A DNA stretch of 40,997 bases from a virus, in UHGV virus genome UHGV-0123923. One strand, given 5' to 3'. Positions 24,978-33,565 of the stretch are shown in pieces; position 1 is the stretch's first letter; each line of letters begins with the position of its first letter. Position numbers and translations under genes: made by a program. The notes beneath the pieces were generated by a model. It ran no database searches and was not told where the DNA came from. It saw only the letters and a list, made by a program, of their open reading frames with translations.

Positions 24978-25086
24978 CGACGCGGACGAGGATTTAGCTA
25001 TTGACGTCCAGAACGCAGAATGTGTACGGCAACTGAGACTTAAAGTGTTCATGTTGCAGGATTACGTGAGGAATATTCTGGAATAG
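24823..25086 (+). CDS. o-spanin (Rz1-like outer-membrane lipoprotein)
   Basis: GTG start inside Rz in a different frame; lipobox LSAC after a signal-like segment, then a Pro-rich region; extends beyond the Rz stop. Confidence 0.6.
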   Translation: MKSLSTLKRLAAACALLTLSACSSSPAPSQTPIPSPDTTMMQPPCKLALPSNDADEDLAIDVQNAECVRQLRLKVFMLQDYVRNILE

Positions 25087-25165
25087 TTGCCTTGTATGTT
25101 GGAATAATTTATTCTTGACATGTAAATCCGGGTGGCCCGGATTCCAACGTCCAGGGGACATACTG

Positions 25166-25792
25166 ATGAGCGAAGAAGTGAAAGACGAAACTATCGAACA
25201 ACAAGAGACTAAGACCACGTTTACCAAAGAAGAAGTTGACGCGCTGGTATCCGGTCTTAAAGCTAACAACGAGAAGCTCTTGTCTGAAAAGAAAGCTGCT
25301 GCCGCTGCTGCGAAAGAAGCCGCAGATGCGAAGCTGAAAGCCGAACAGGAACGCGCAAAACAGAACGGCGAACTTGAGGCATTCGAGAAAACGTTGCGCA
25401 GTCAGTATGAGCCAGTACTCGCCGAGAAAGACGGTAAGATTAGCAAAATGGCTGAGCGTATCCTCGGCGCAGAACGTAAATCAGTTATCAGCCAGTTGTC
25501 TGGCATGTTGATTGATGAGAGCGCAGCGGATATTATCGCTATGATGGTCAAGACCGAATTTGACGGCGATGACGTTGTGACCAAGTTCACAGGTGCAGAT
25601 GGTAATGTCATCACCACCGACGCAGAGCAATTTAAAAAGTATCTGCGTGAGCACAAAGCATTTTCGCATCTGATTAAAGCAGATGCAGCAACCGGCGGCG
25701 GGGCTTCCGGTAACAAAAATTCTACTGGCGGGGCCGGTGGTGCGGACGTAATCCAGCAAAAACTTAACGCCAAATACGGCAAACGAGGATAA
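25166..25792 (+). CDS. scaffolding protein
   Basis: start moved to ATG (MSEEVKDET) behind AGGGGA; helical, charged, Ala/Lys/Glu-rich; immediately upstream of the major capsid gene. Confidence 0.6.
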   Translation: MSEEVKDETIEQQETKTTFTKEEVDALVSGLKANNEKLLSEKKAAAAAAKEAADAKLKAEQERAKQNGELEAFEKTLRSQYEPVLAEKDGKISKMAERILGAERKSVISQLSGMLIDESAADIIAMMVKTEFDGDDVVTKFTGADGNVITTDAEQFKKYLREHKAFSHLIKADAATGGGASGNKNSTGGAGGADVIQQKLNAKYGKRG

Positions 25793-25798
25793 CAGAAT

Positions 25799-26767
25799 AT
25801 GTCTCTGTCAGATATGAAGGTTTATAACGACGATATCGTCGGTACCACTATCGAACTGCTTGGCCAGAAAACTGACCAGTTTAACGCAGCCTCCGGTGGC
25901 GCAATTGTACTGTCTACCGCTTCATGGCGCGGTGACTTCTCCCGTGAGTCTTTCTTTAACCAGATTGCCTCCGCTAAACGCCGCGTTGACCGTTACGCCG
26001 CTATCGCGTCTCAGGCAGCTACCGCGCTGACTCAGGGCGAGCGTGTAGGCGTTAAAGTCGCTGGCGGCTTCGGACCGGTACTGTTCGAGCCTGCGCAAAT
26101 GACCTGGCTGAACGAAGACCCGGCGAGCGCGATTCGTGCTATCTCCGAAGGGTTCTCTGACGCACTGTTAGCTGACCAGCTTAACACCGCTGTTGGTGCC
26201 GCCGTTGCCGCGGTATCAGGTCAGGCTGCACTGGTTAACGATGTATCCGCGACCGCTGGCTTGTCCCTGAACGTGCTGAACAACAGCCACGCTAAATTCG
26301 GCGACCAGTCTCAGTTGTTGGTCACTGACATCATGACCGGCGCGGCATACCACACTCTGGTGGACAAAGCGCTGACCAACGCAAACCAGTTGTTCGTTGC
26401 TGGCAACGTTATGGTTGTCGATGTTCTCGGCAAGCGTTACGTAATTTCCGACATCCCTGCGCTGTACGAAGCTGGCACCCCGAACAAGACTAAGGTTCTG
26501 TCCGTAGTTGCGAACGGCATCATCGTTGATAATGCTTCTGATATTATCAGCAACATTGACACCAGCAACGGTAACACCCGCATCCAGACCACCTGGCAGG
26601 CGGACTACAGCTTCGGCCTGAAACTGAAAGGCTACAGCTGGGACGTTACCAACGGCGGTAAATCTCCGCTGGACGCAGAACTGTTCACCGCGACTAACTG
26701 GGACAAAGCTGTTGCCGAGAACAAGCACACCCTCGGTACTCTGGCAATCGCCGACGCAGACCTGTAA
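25799..26767 (+). CDS. major capsid protein
   Basis: 322 aa after the scaffold; GAGGATAA RBS; strong terminator immediately downstream. Confidence 0.75.
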   Translation: MSLSDMKVYNDDIVGTTIELLGQKTDQFNAASGGAIVLSTASWRGDFSRESFFNQIASAKRRVDRYAAIASQAATALTQGERVGVKVAGGFGPVLFEPAQMTWLNEDPASAIRAISEGFSDALLADQLNTAVGAAVAAVSGQAALVNDVSATAGLSLNVLNNSHAKFGDQSQLLVTDIMTGAAYHTLVDKALTNANQLFVAGNVMVVDVLGKRYVISDIPALYEAGTPNKTKVLSVVANGIIVDNASDIISNIDTSNGNTRIQTTWQADYSFGLKLKGYSWDVTNGGKSPLDAELFTATNWDKAVAENKHTLGTLAIADADL

Positions 26768-26789
26768 CACGGTTAGTAGTAAAAACAAA

Positions 26790-26810
26790 GGGGCTTCGGC
26801 CCCTTTTTAC
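26790..26810 (+). terminator. intrinsic terminator after the major capsid gene
   Basis: GGGGC-TTCG-GCCCC followed by TTTTTAC. Confidence 0.7.
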
Positions 26811-26824
26811 TAGGAGAAATTAAA

Positions 26825-26992
26825 GTGGAAATTAAATACGTACCAATGCCAATTACCATCGAGCAGAAGCGCGAGTATAACCGTCAGGGGTTCCGTGTGG
26901 TAGATGCTCGTTTCGCACCAGAAGGCACCGTGGTAGAATCGGCTAAAGAAGAGACACCACGCCGCCAGCGCCGGGCGAAATCAGAGGAATAA
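26825..26992 (+). CDS. hypothetical small protein (55 aa), GTG start
   Basis: TAGGAGA RBS 7 nt before GTG; translation VEIKYVPMPITIEQKREYNRQGFRVVDARFAPEGTVVESAKEETPRRQRRAKSEE. Confidence 0.35.
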   Translation: MEIKYVPMPITIEQKREYNRQGFRVVDARFAPEGTVVESAKEETPRRQRRAKSEE

Positions 26993-26995
26993 TTT

Positions 26996-27508
26996 ATGCC
27001 GCTAATCGTGGAAGATGGGTCGATAGTACCTGATGCCGACAGTTACGTTAGTCTGGCCGACGCCCGCGCGTTAGCGGCTAATTACGGTCTTGTGTTGCCG
27101 GCAGACGATACCGCCGCAGAGGTGGCCCTGCGCAACGGTGCTACTTATGTTGGGCTTGCAGAACCTCAGATGTGCGGGCGTCGCGTATCCGCTGAACAGT
27201 CTCTGGCGTACCCACGTACAGGAACAACACTAAACGGCTTCACCGTAGCGGATAATGTTATCCCGTCGCAGATAATCCGGGCACAAGTAATCGCTGCTGT
27301 TACGTATGGTGCGGGTACTGATGTTCGGGCTAACTCAGATGGGCGTTCCGTGCAGACTGAGCGTGTTGAGGGTGCTGTGACAGTGACATACTTCAACAAC
27401 GGCAACAGTGGCGCCACAACCGCTATTACCGCTGCGGACGACGCATTACGCCCGTTACTGTGTGGTGGTCTTAACAATGGCTTCTCGTTTAACGTGTACC
27501 GGGGTTAA
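26996..27508 (+). CDS. head-tail connector/adaptor protein candidate
   Basis: GAGGAATAA RBS; position after the capsid gene; N-terminal MPLIVEDGSIVPDADSYVSLADA resembles gp6-like connector proteins (from memory). Confidence 0.45.
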   Translation: MPLIVEDGSIVPDADSYVSLADARALAANYGLVLPADDTAAEVALRNGATYVGLAEPQMCGRRVSAEQSLAYPRTGTTLNGFTVADNVIPSQIIRAQVIAAVTYGAGTDVRANSDGRSVQTERVEGAVTVTYFNNGNSGATTAITAADDALRPLLCGGLNNGFSFNVYRG

Positions 27509-27510
27509 AA

Positions 27511-28125
27511 ATGGCAAAGACCAAAACAGAGATGTTTGCCCTTATCGGCGCTAACCTTCCCGATAACACCACCGGGCTTATCACACCCGAGAAGTTACGC
27601 GAAGTAATGACGCAGATGGCAGATTCGCCTATCTATGCCACTCCCGGGGTGAAAGAGGTTGAAGTTCTCCGTGCCGCGTCCACTGTAATACTAGCACCAT
27701 CCGCAGTGGACACAGCATTGCAAATAACTTTCGGTGCTGCCCAGGGAGGCGCGTCTAACCCGGTAATGATTAATGCCGCAGGGCTTGTTACATTCAACAC
27801 CGCGGGTAACTACGCCGTTCGCATCAAGTTACAGGCGGGGCGTACTGGCGCTAGTGGGACATCAATCCTGCTATCACGTATTTTAGTAAACGGTGCTCAG
27901 TACGGCTCTCCCGCAGCAACTAAGCTGGTAAGCGCGGACGTGACCATCCCGATTGAATCTCGCGTCGTTATTAACACAACCGCAGGCCAGACGTTTGCCG
28001 TTCAGATTATGCGGGATAGTGCCGGGACCAACTTCGGCGGCGTATATCCGCAAGTTGCTACCGTAACCGCATGGGGTACAGCACCATCCGCATTACTGGT
28101 TATTTCGAGACTGGAGGCCGCTTGA
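27511..28125 (+). CDS. virion structural protein, function unknown
   Basis: position in the head-tail joining block. Confidence 0.4.
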   Translation: MAKTKTEMFALIGANLPDNTTGLITPEKLREVMTQMADSPIYATPGVKEVEVLRAASTVILAPSAVDTALQITFGAAQGGASNPVMINAAGLVTFNTAGNYAVRIKLQAGRTGASGTSILLSRILVNGAQYGSPAATKLVSADVTIPIESRVVINTTAGQTFAVQIMRDSAGTNFGGVYPQVATVTAWGTAPSALLVISRLEAA

Positions 28126-28219
28126 TGAATAAGTTCACATGTGGTGTAGTTTTTGGTTTTCTTACCGCGGTAGTCTTGCACAGTTACGGTGTTCTTTTGA
28201 CGCTGCAAGAGGTGCTAAA

Positions 28220-28579
28220 ATGAGCACCGCTTTCAGTAAACGTATGCAAGGCGTGGGTACGCGCCTGCTAACCAAATTCGGTAGCACGGTATCTCTGATT
28301 CGCGCTGGTTCAAAAGTATGGGATGAAGTTCTCGGTGAGTACGTCTGGTCTGCGGATGAAGTGTTGCCGTTGAAGGCCGTTCCGGTTCCGGTAAACGCGG
28401 GACTGGTAAACGGTACGACGATTCAGGCTGGCGACATGATTGTTAAAGCCGATTACAGCGTCGTTCCGAAGATGGAAGACAAGGTGCAATTCGGCGGCGA
28501 GCAATGGTCCATCGTAGCTATTGAGAAGAAGATGGTTAACGATGACGTCGTGGCATACTTTATTCAGGTGAGAAAATGA
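28220..28579 (+). CDS. head-tail joining protein candidate
   Basis: start moved to ATG (MSTAFSKRMQ) behind GAGGTG; position. Confidence 0.4.
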   Translation: MSTAFSKRMQGVGTRLLTKFGSTVSLIRAGSKVWDEVLGEYVWSADEVLPLKAVPVPVNAGLVNGTTIQAGDMIVKADYSVVPKMEDKVQFGGEQWSIVAIEKKMVNDDVVAYFIQVRK

Positions 28580-28971
28580 GTTTCGCGCTCGATGTCTCTA
28601 AGTTCGTGGAAAAGGCGAAGAAGAACCCTGAGAAGGTGATGCGTCAGGTGTCTATCAAGCTGTTTTCCGCTATTATAAAGGCGAGTCCGGTAGACACGGG
28701 CCGCTTTCGTATGAACTGGATGGCATCTGGCGGTACTCCTGCTTCCGGGATTACGGACGCTACGGATAAATCAGGAAGCACAGCAACCGGAAACGCTACG
28801 AGTTTCGTGCTGAAAGCCGCTGACTGGCATGAGTTCACGCTGACAAATAATCTGCCGTATGCGCAACGGCTGGAGTATGGTTGGTCGCAACAGGCGCCAG
28901 CCGGGGTTGTCAGGACTAATGTGTCTCGCTTCCAGCAACTCATTAACGAAGAAGCCAACAAGGTGAAATGA
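28576..28971 (+). CDS. HK97 gp10-like tail component candidate
   Basis: motif SPVDTGRFRMNW; ATGA overlap with the upstream gene. Confidence 0.45.
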   Translation: MSFALDVSKFVEKAKKNPEKVMRQVSIKLFSAIIKASPVDTGRFRMNWMASGGTPASGITDATDKSGSTATGNATSFVLKAADWHEFTLTNNLPYAQRLEYGWSQQAPAGVVRTNVSRFQQLINEEANKVK

Positions 28972-29384
28972 TGGGCTACTTTGAGGACTTAACAAAAGCG
29001 TTCGATGTTCCGCTGGTAGCCTTCGGAACCGCCAACGGCATCAAGGTCGCGCTTGAAAACATCGACGCGCCGACGTCAACCGATACGCCATATCTGGCAA
29101 GTTACATGTTACTGGCGGATACCGAGCAAGCAGATTTGTTCTTCACGGAACAACGCGCGGGTGTTTATCAGGTCGACATTAACTACGCATCGGTGAAAGG
29201 TAGCGCGCCAATCAATAAAATGGCAGACTTACTTAACACGGCATTCAAAGCAGGTAAGTCATTTTCTCGTAACGACATCTGCGCCGAGGTTCAATCGGTT
29301 AGCCTGGGGCCGCTGATTGTAGAAAACGGATGGGCCAAACGACCATTGTCAATTAACTTTATCGCATTCACCAAGAGGCTGTGA
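28968..29384 (+). CDS. tail completion/terminator protein candidate
   Basis: position immediately upstream of the major tail gene; overlapping starts. Confidence 0.4.
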   Translation: MMGYFEDLTKAFDVPLVAFGTANGIKVALENIDAPTSTDTPYLASYMLLADTEQADLFFTEQRAGVYQVDINYASVKGSAPINKMADLLNTAFKAGKSFSRNDICAEVQSVSLGPLIVENGWAKRPLSINFIAFTKRL

Positions 29385-30553
29385 ATATGGCTACAACTCC
29401 TTTTAAGGGCGCGAATACTGCGCAATTCTATGTGGCAGAAACTACCCCTGGCGTAACACCGACTAACCCGGTCTGGTCGCCATTGCGTAACACAGGTGGC
29501 GTTCCTGCCATTACCCGCGACACGCTGACCTCCAACGAACTGGACGGCAGCCGTGAAACTACGTCAATACGCACCGGTAACAAGCAGGTTAGCGGAGAAT
29601 ACGCTATTGAGCTTAGCTCGAAAAGCCAGGACGACTGGCTGGCGGGAGCTTTAGGCTCTACATGGCAATCCGGTAGTTCTCTGACCGGGCTATCAATTAC
29701 CGTCGCGCCCGCAGGCAAGACCTTTACCCGTGCCGAAGGTAGCTTTATTTCTGACGGCGTTGAAGTGGGCGACCTGATTGCGTTTACCGACTTAACCGGT
29801 GACAACGCAAAACCGTTTATCGTAACTGCAGTAGAGGCGCTGGTAGTGACCGGGGCGGGTATCCAGCATACCCTGACCACAGAGACAGTAACTACCGCCG
29901 CTAAGACAGGGGATAAACTGGAAACGGGAAGCCAGTGCAAGACGTTCTCTATTCTCACCTGGTACAAAGGCCAGTGCGGCGGGACTGACGCGTACACACT
30001 AACCAAAGGCGTGGAAGTTTCTGGTTTTACCATCGAACAGGCTGTTAACGCTATGGTAACTGGCAGCTTCCCGTTCATCGGTCGCAGTCAGGAGATTCTC
30101 ACCACGCAGCCGTCTGGTTCTGATTTCTCCTCTGTTACGTTTGGTGACGAGCCATTCTCCTCGGTCGATGTTTCTGTGTTCGACGGTTCTACGCCGTTGC
30201 GTTGCGACAGCCTGACCATCACCAACGACAACAGCGCGTCCGCACAGTTCGAACTCGGCAACACTAACGTAGCGTTTGTGGAGCGTAGCCGAGCAGCTAA
30301 CACCTTCTCCATCTCCGGTAAGCTGTACGACATGGCGATGATTCAGAAGTTTATCAACGAGCAGCAGGTGGAGATTAACTCTATTCTGGCTGGGGTAAAC
30401 GGGGCTATGTCTTTCAGTTTGAAACGTGCAGAACTTACAGCGGTTACGCCTGAGATTGGCGGGCCTGAGTCAATCACTCAGTCCATTGAAGGCCAGGCTA
30501 CTGGCAACCAGTACCAGTCATCTATTGTTATTCAGCGTATCACCTACGCTTAA
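29381..30553 (+). CDS. major tail protein
   Basis: 390 aa, Thr/Gly/Ser-rich; last gene before the tail chaperone block; strong terminator downstream. Confidence 0.5.
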   Translation: MNMATTPFKGANTAQFYVAETTPGVTPTNPVWSPLRNTGGVPAITRDTLTSNELDGSRETTSIRTGNKQVSGEYAIELSSKSQDDWLAGALGSTWQSGSSLTGLSITVAPAGKTFTRAEGSFISDGVEVGDLIAFTDLTGDNAKPFIVTAVEALVVTGAGIQHTLTTETVTTAAKTGDKLETGSQCKTFSILTWYKGQCGGTDAYTLTKGVEVSGFTIEQAVNAMVTGSFPFIGRSQEILTTQPSGSDFSSVTFGDEPFSSVDVSVFDGSTPLRCDSLTITNDNSASAQFELGNTNVAFVERSRAANTFSISGKLYDMAMIQKFINEQQVEINSILAGVNGAMSFSLKRAELTAVTPEIGGPESITQSIEGQATGNQYQSSIVIQRITYA

Positions 30554-30558
30554 AACTA

Positions 30559-30581
30559 AGGCCCCGAAAGGGGCCTTTTTC
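30559..30581. terminator. bidirectional intrinsic terminator
   Basis: AGGCCCC-GAAA-GGGGCCT flanked by A-run upstream and TTTTT downstream, between converging + and - genes. Confidence 0.65.
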
Positions 30582-31136
30582 TTACAAACCTAATTTTAAA
30601 GCAATGTCTACAACGTTCGATTTAACGTCACCCGGTATGATGTATGTGTCGTAATCTTTTACACCGCTAACATCATACAGATACTCCCTGCTATCGCCGA
30701 TGAACGTATAGCCGTCTCGGTGCAAGCGAACGATTCTTACATCATGACCTGCGGCGACGATAGGGGCTACTTCGCTGGCGAACCCGCCATCCGACACTAC
30801 AAAAACGTCATCGCCGTCGGGCAAGTTTTCAGCAAGATACTTACCGAAATAATCGCTGCCGAGAACCGGTTTAATGAATTGCTCAGATATAGCAATCATG
30901 AACTGACGCCGCGACAAGCCATTAAGGAAGCCTTCTGGCTTTTCTTTCCGCGCCCGGTCGTCGTAGCCGTCGAGAAACTCGTGGTAAGCATCCGGGCCTA
31001 ACGCCGCCAGAGCGATATTGAACATTGGATTCTTGAAACTGGTAGTTCCTTTCGCAAAGCCCATTTCTACCAGCGCCATAGCAAGTGTGTCTTTCCCACA
31101 ACCCGCCGGGCCATTAAGAATAATTACCTTAGCCAT
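30582..31136 (-). CDS. P-loop kinase, dNMP-kinase-like (GKDT Walker A)
   Basis: 184 aa; ILNGPAGCGKDT resembles the T4 gp1-type dNMP kinase P-loop (from memory); start overlaps the upstream stop (TAATG). Confidence 0.55.
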   Translation of the reverse strand: MAKVIILNGPAGCGKDTLAMALVEMGFAKGTTSFKNPMFNIALAALGPDAYHEFLDGYDDRARKEKPEGFLNGLSRRQFMIAISEQFIKPVLGSDYFGKYLAENLPDGDDVFVVSDGGFASEVAPIVAAGHDVRIVRLHRDGYTFIGDSREYLYDVSGVKDYDTYIIPGDVKSNVVDIALKLGL

Positions 31137-31624
31137 TATTTATCGCTCCCGTGTGATTTTAAGTGTGTAGAGTTCCCGTTACAGTCGTATTCAGTAACCG
31201 CGTGGGTGGTTATACCGAGTCCGCGGAAATGCTTTATTACCGCTGGAGAGTCGTCGAATGCGCACAAGATTCTCTCCAGCCCAATAGCACGCAACACCTC
31301 TTCTTTAATTACGATGTCTTTTCTGATGTCGTGTTTGCTGCGCATTAACAGAACGTCGAACTTGACATTGTTTTTACGTAACCACTCACGAGTTTCTTCC
31401 TCGGCGTCGTCGCTTCGCCCGGTAAGGATGATTATGGTAATCCCGGTATGCCACAGCGTGTTGCACAAGTGAATGTTGTCATATATCGGCGCATCATCTT
31501 TGCACGCCATGTTAAAAGGCTTCCACGCCCATGTTTCGTTGTAGTTATCTTTCGGCAGCAGGTGTAAACGATGTGTACCATCCGCCAATGTTCCATCTAA
31601 ATCGAAAATCACAATATCTTTCAT
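31136..31624 (-). CDS. HAD-family phosphatase, polynucleotide-kinase 3'-phosphatase-like
   Basis: 162 aa; catalytic FDLDGTL, then TGR and DIRKDIVIKEE...AFDD motifs in the order I recall for the T4 Pnk phosphatase domain. Confidence 0.55.
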   Translation of the reverse strand: MKDIVIFDLDGTLADGTHRLHLLPKDNYNETWAWKPFNMACKDDAPIYDNIHLCNTLWHTGITIIILTGRSDDAEEETREWLRKNNVKFDVLLMRSKHDIRKDIVIKEEVLRAIGLERILCAFDDSPAVIKHFRGLGITTHAVTEYDCNGNSTHLKSHGSDK

Positions 31625-32751
31625 CCCAGCATCTCCGGTGAAATAGTTAAACGTGCGACCTCGCCATATTCGGCGCTATAAGTAATTACATTTGCACTAC
31701 GGCCTGACATCCATCCGCCGCGAGAGGCATATGCATCTTTAGCCGCTAGGGTGCGGTGTTGCTCAACAATCATGTTACGGCTTTCTACAATCTTCTGATG
31801 GTGCAGGTGGCCTACGTGAGCGTAACTGTAAACGCTCTCGCCGAACGCTTTACGGAACTTGGCAATCATAACCGGTTCGATAGCGTCGAATCGCGCCTTA
31901 TGCCCGTGGTGAAAGAACAACGTAGTTTTGCCGTGTTGGACCATCTTGTAAACATCCGGCGACGTATCGACGAACACACGAGGCTCATTGTCGTACAGCG
32001 TACTGAACATCTCAGCTAACCAAATCATTCCGCTTTCGTCATGGTTCCCTTGCACAATAAGCAAGCGAACATTTTTATGCTTAACCAGCGCCATATCAAT
32101 AACACGGCGGACCATACGAATCATGTAGCGTACAAGTTTCTGATAGCGCGTGTCGGCGTCAAGAACATGACCGCTTGCGGGTGTAACTGCATCCAGACTA
32201 TCGAAGTGAGCGAGGTCGCCCAGCAGATTAATAACTCCTGTTCCTGCATCCGGAGCTTTCTGGAACGCAGCATCGAACCACCGAGAGAACAGGTCTTCTG
32301 CAATCTTCATATCCCAGTCGTCGCCGCTCTCGTCGGCCCAGGCCAGCATACCGAGATGGAAATCAGATACCGTGTAAAGATTGAGTAGCTTGTCGTCACG
32401 TTTGTCCCGTGCAGGTTTAACAGGTGCAACTGGCGTAATCTCTGACTTCATGCCTTCGATTACGGCTTTCATCAACTCGACCTGACGTTCTGCATCGGTG
32501 TCGGTCTTAACCCATTGCAGTTTAGTGTTGCCAAACTCATCAACCAGTGACGACGTTCCTTTAATCTTGTAGCCATCCGGCACAAGGTGACTAACGTCAC
32601 GCCCGTGACCTACGCCTTTCTTTGCCAATTTCGCTTTACGGATACGAATTACGCGGTCTGAGATGCCGTATTTACGGGCGATGTCTACATTCTTCATCCC
32701 GGCGTTCAATTCTTCCTGTAACTGTTCGTCGGTTATTTTCTTCTGGGCCAT
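31621..32751 (-). CDS. calcineurin-like metallophosphoesterase with N-terminal HTH domain
   Basis: start moved to ATG (MAQKKITDEQ) behind GAGGAAG; metallophosphatase motifs DFH, GDLAH, GNHDE, HHGH, GHLHH; HTH-like N-terminus KNVDIARKYGISDRVIRIRKAKL. Confidence 0.6.
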   Translation of the reverse strand: MAQKKITDEQLQEELNAGMKNVDIARKYGISDRVIRIRKAKLAKKGVGHGRDVSHLVPDGYKIKGTSSLVDEFGNTKLQWVKTDTDAERQVELMKAVIEGMKSEITPVAPVKPARDKRDDKLLNLYTVSDFHLGMLAWADESGDDWDMKIAEDLFSRWFDAAFQKAPDAGTGVINLLGDLAHFDSLDAVTPASGHVLDADTRYQKLVRYMIRMVRRVIDMALVKHKNVRLLIVQGNHDESGMIWLAEMFSTLYDNEPRVFVDTSPDVYKMVQHGKTTLFFHHGHKARFDAIEPVMIAKFRKAFGESVYSYAHVGHLHHQKIVESRNMIVEQHRTLAAKDAYASRGGWMSGRSANVITYSAEYGEVARLTISPEMLG

Positions 32752-32789
32752 GCTTACTTCCTCGTGTTTAGGATTTGTCTTATAGTAGC

Positions 32790-32981
32790 CTACTTCTCTT
32801 TCACGTTCGAGTTGCAAGCCCAGATTAAAATAAATACCCACGGCAGCAGAACCCAACCAAGAAACAGATTAGCCATGAATATTGCCAACTTCGCTTTATG
32901 GTTACGGAAGTACGCAACCAGGAAAGGCGCGAAATAAGCGAGCAGCGCAAACAGAATTAAAGAAACCGGTAAACTGGACAT
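32790..32981 (-). CDS. small two-TM membrane protein resembling superinfection immunity (T4 Imm-like) proteins
   Basis: start at second ATG behind AAGGGG; PFLVAYFRNHKAKLAIFMANLFLGWVLLPWVFILIWA matches the pattern I recall for the Imm_superinfect family. Confidence 0.45.
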   Translation of the reverse strand: MSSLPVSLILFALLAYFAPFLVAYFRNHKAKLAIFMANLFLGWVLLPWVFILIWACNSNVKEK

Positions 32982-33011
32982 TTTAAACCCCTTCATTGTT
33001 GGTGTAAGTGA

Positions 33012-33040
33012 ATAGTACCCTATTATATTGGGGTGCGCAA
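33012..33040 (-). promoter_or_regulatory. promoter (TTGCGC-N17-TACTAT) with operator motif, driving the reverse-strand accessory cassette
   Basis: -35 is the reverse complement of 33035..33040, -10 of 33012..33017; AATAG(33011..33015)-TACC-CTATT(33020..33024); near-identical to promoter 13318..13346. Confidence 0.5.
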
Positions 33041-33148
33041 GTAATGTGATAGAATAATTTTGCGCCTAGTGTCGCACACGAAAAGCGGGTGGTTCCCGTC
33101 TGGCGCATTTATCGTTAACCTGTAACCTCTTAACCAAAGGATTAAAGA

Positions 33149-33565
33149 ATGAAACTTTCTGATTTCTATTTCGAAGAGAAAGCGCTGGTAGGCAAGAAGA
33201 TGCCGATTCTGCTACCAAACGGTGAAGACTCCGGTGAGTGGCTTAATGTGGTAAGCCCTGACGCGGATGTCGCCGTTAAAGCAGGGCGTGCTTTCATTAT
33301 CGCGTACCGCCGCGGGCTGGCGCGTTTTGAAGAACTGGAAAAAGCTGCCAAAGAATCCGGCGACTATACTGAATATAACCTGGCGGTTAACGAACTGGCG
33401 GAAGACCTCAACCGACAACTCGCGGCAGAAGTCGTAAACGGCTGGAGCTTTGATGAGCCTTTCTCTAAGGAAGCGTTTAACAAATTGCTTGACCAGTTCA
33501 AAGCATTAGGTACACAGGTAGCTGCGTTCCATAACGCCGAGCGCAAAGCATTACAGGAAAAGTAG
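33149..33565 (+). CDS. tail assembly chaperone (lambda gpG-like)
   Basis: 138 aa acidic protein immediately upstream of the tape measure; AAAGGA RBS. Confidence 0.6.
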   Translation: MKLSDFYFEEKALVGKKMPILLPNGEDSGEWLNVVSPDADVAVKAGRAFIIAYRRGLARFEELEKAAKESGDYTEYNLAVNELAEDLNRQLAAEVVNGWSFDEPFSKEAFNKLLDQFKALGTQVAAFHNAERKALQEK

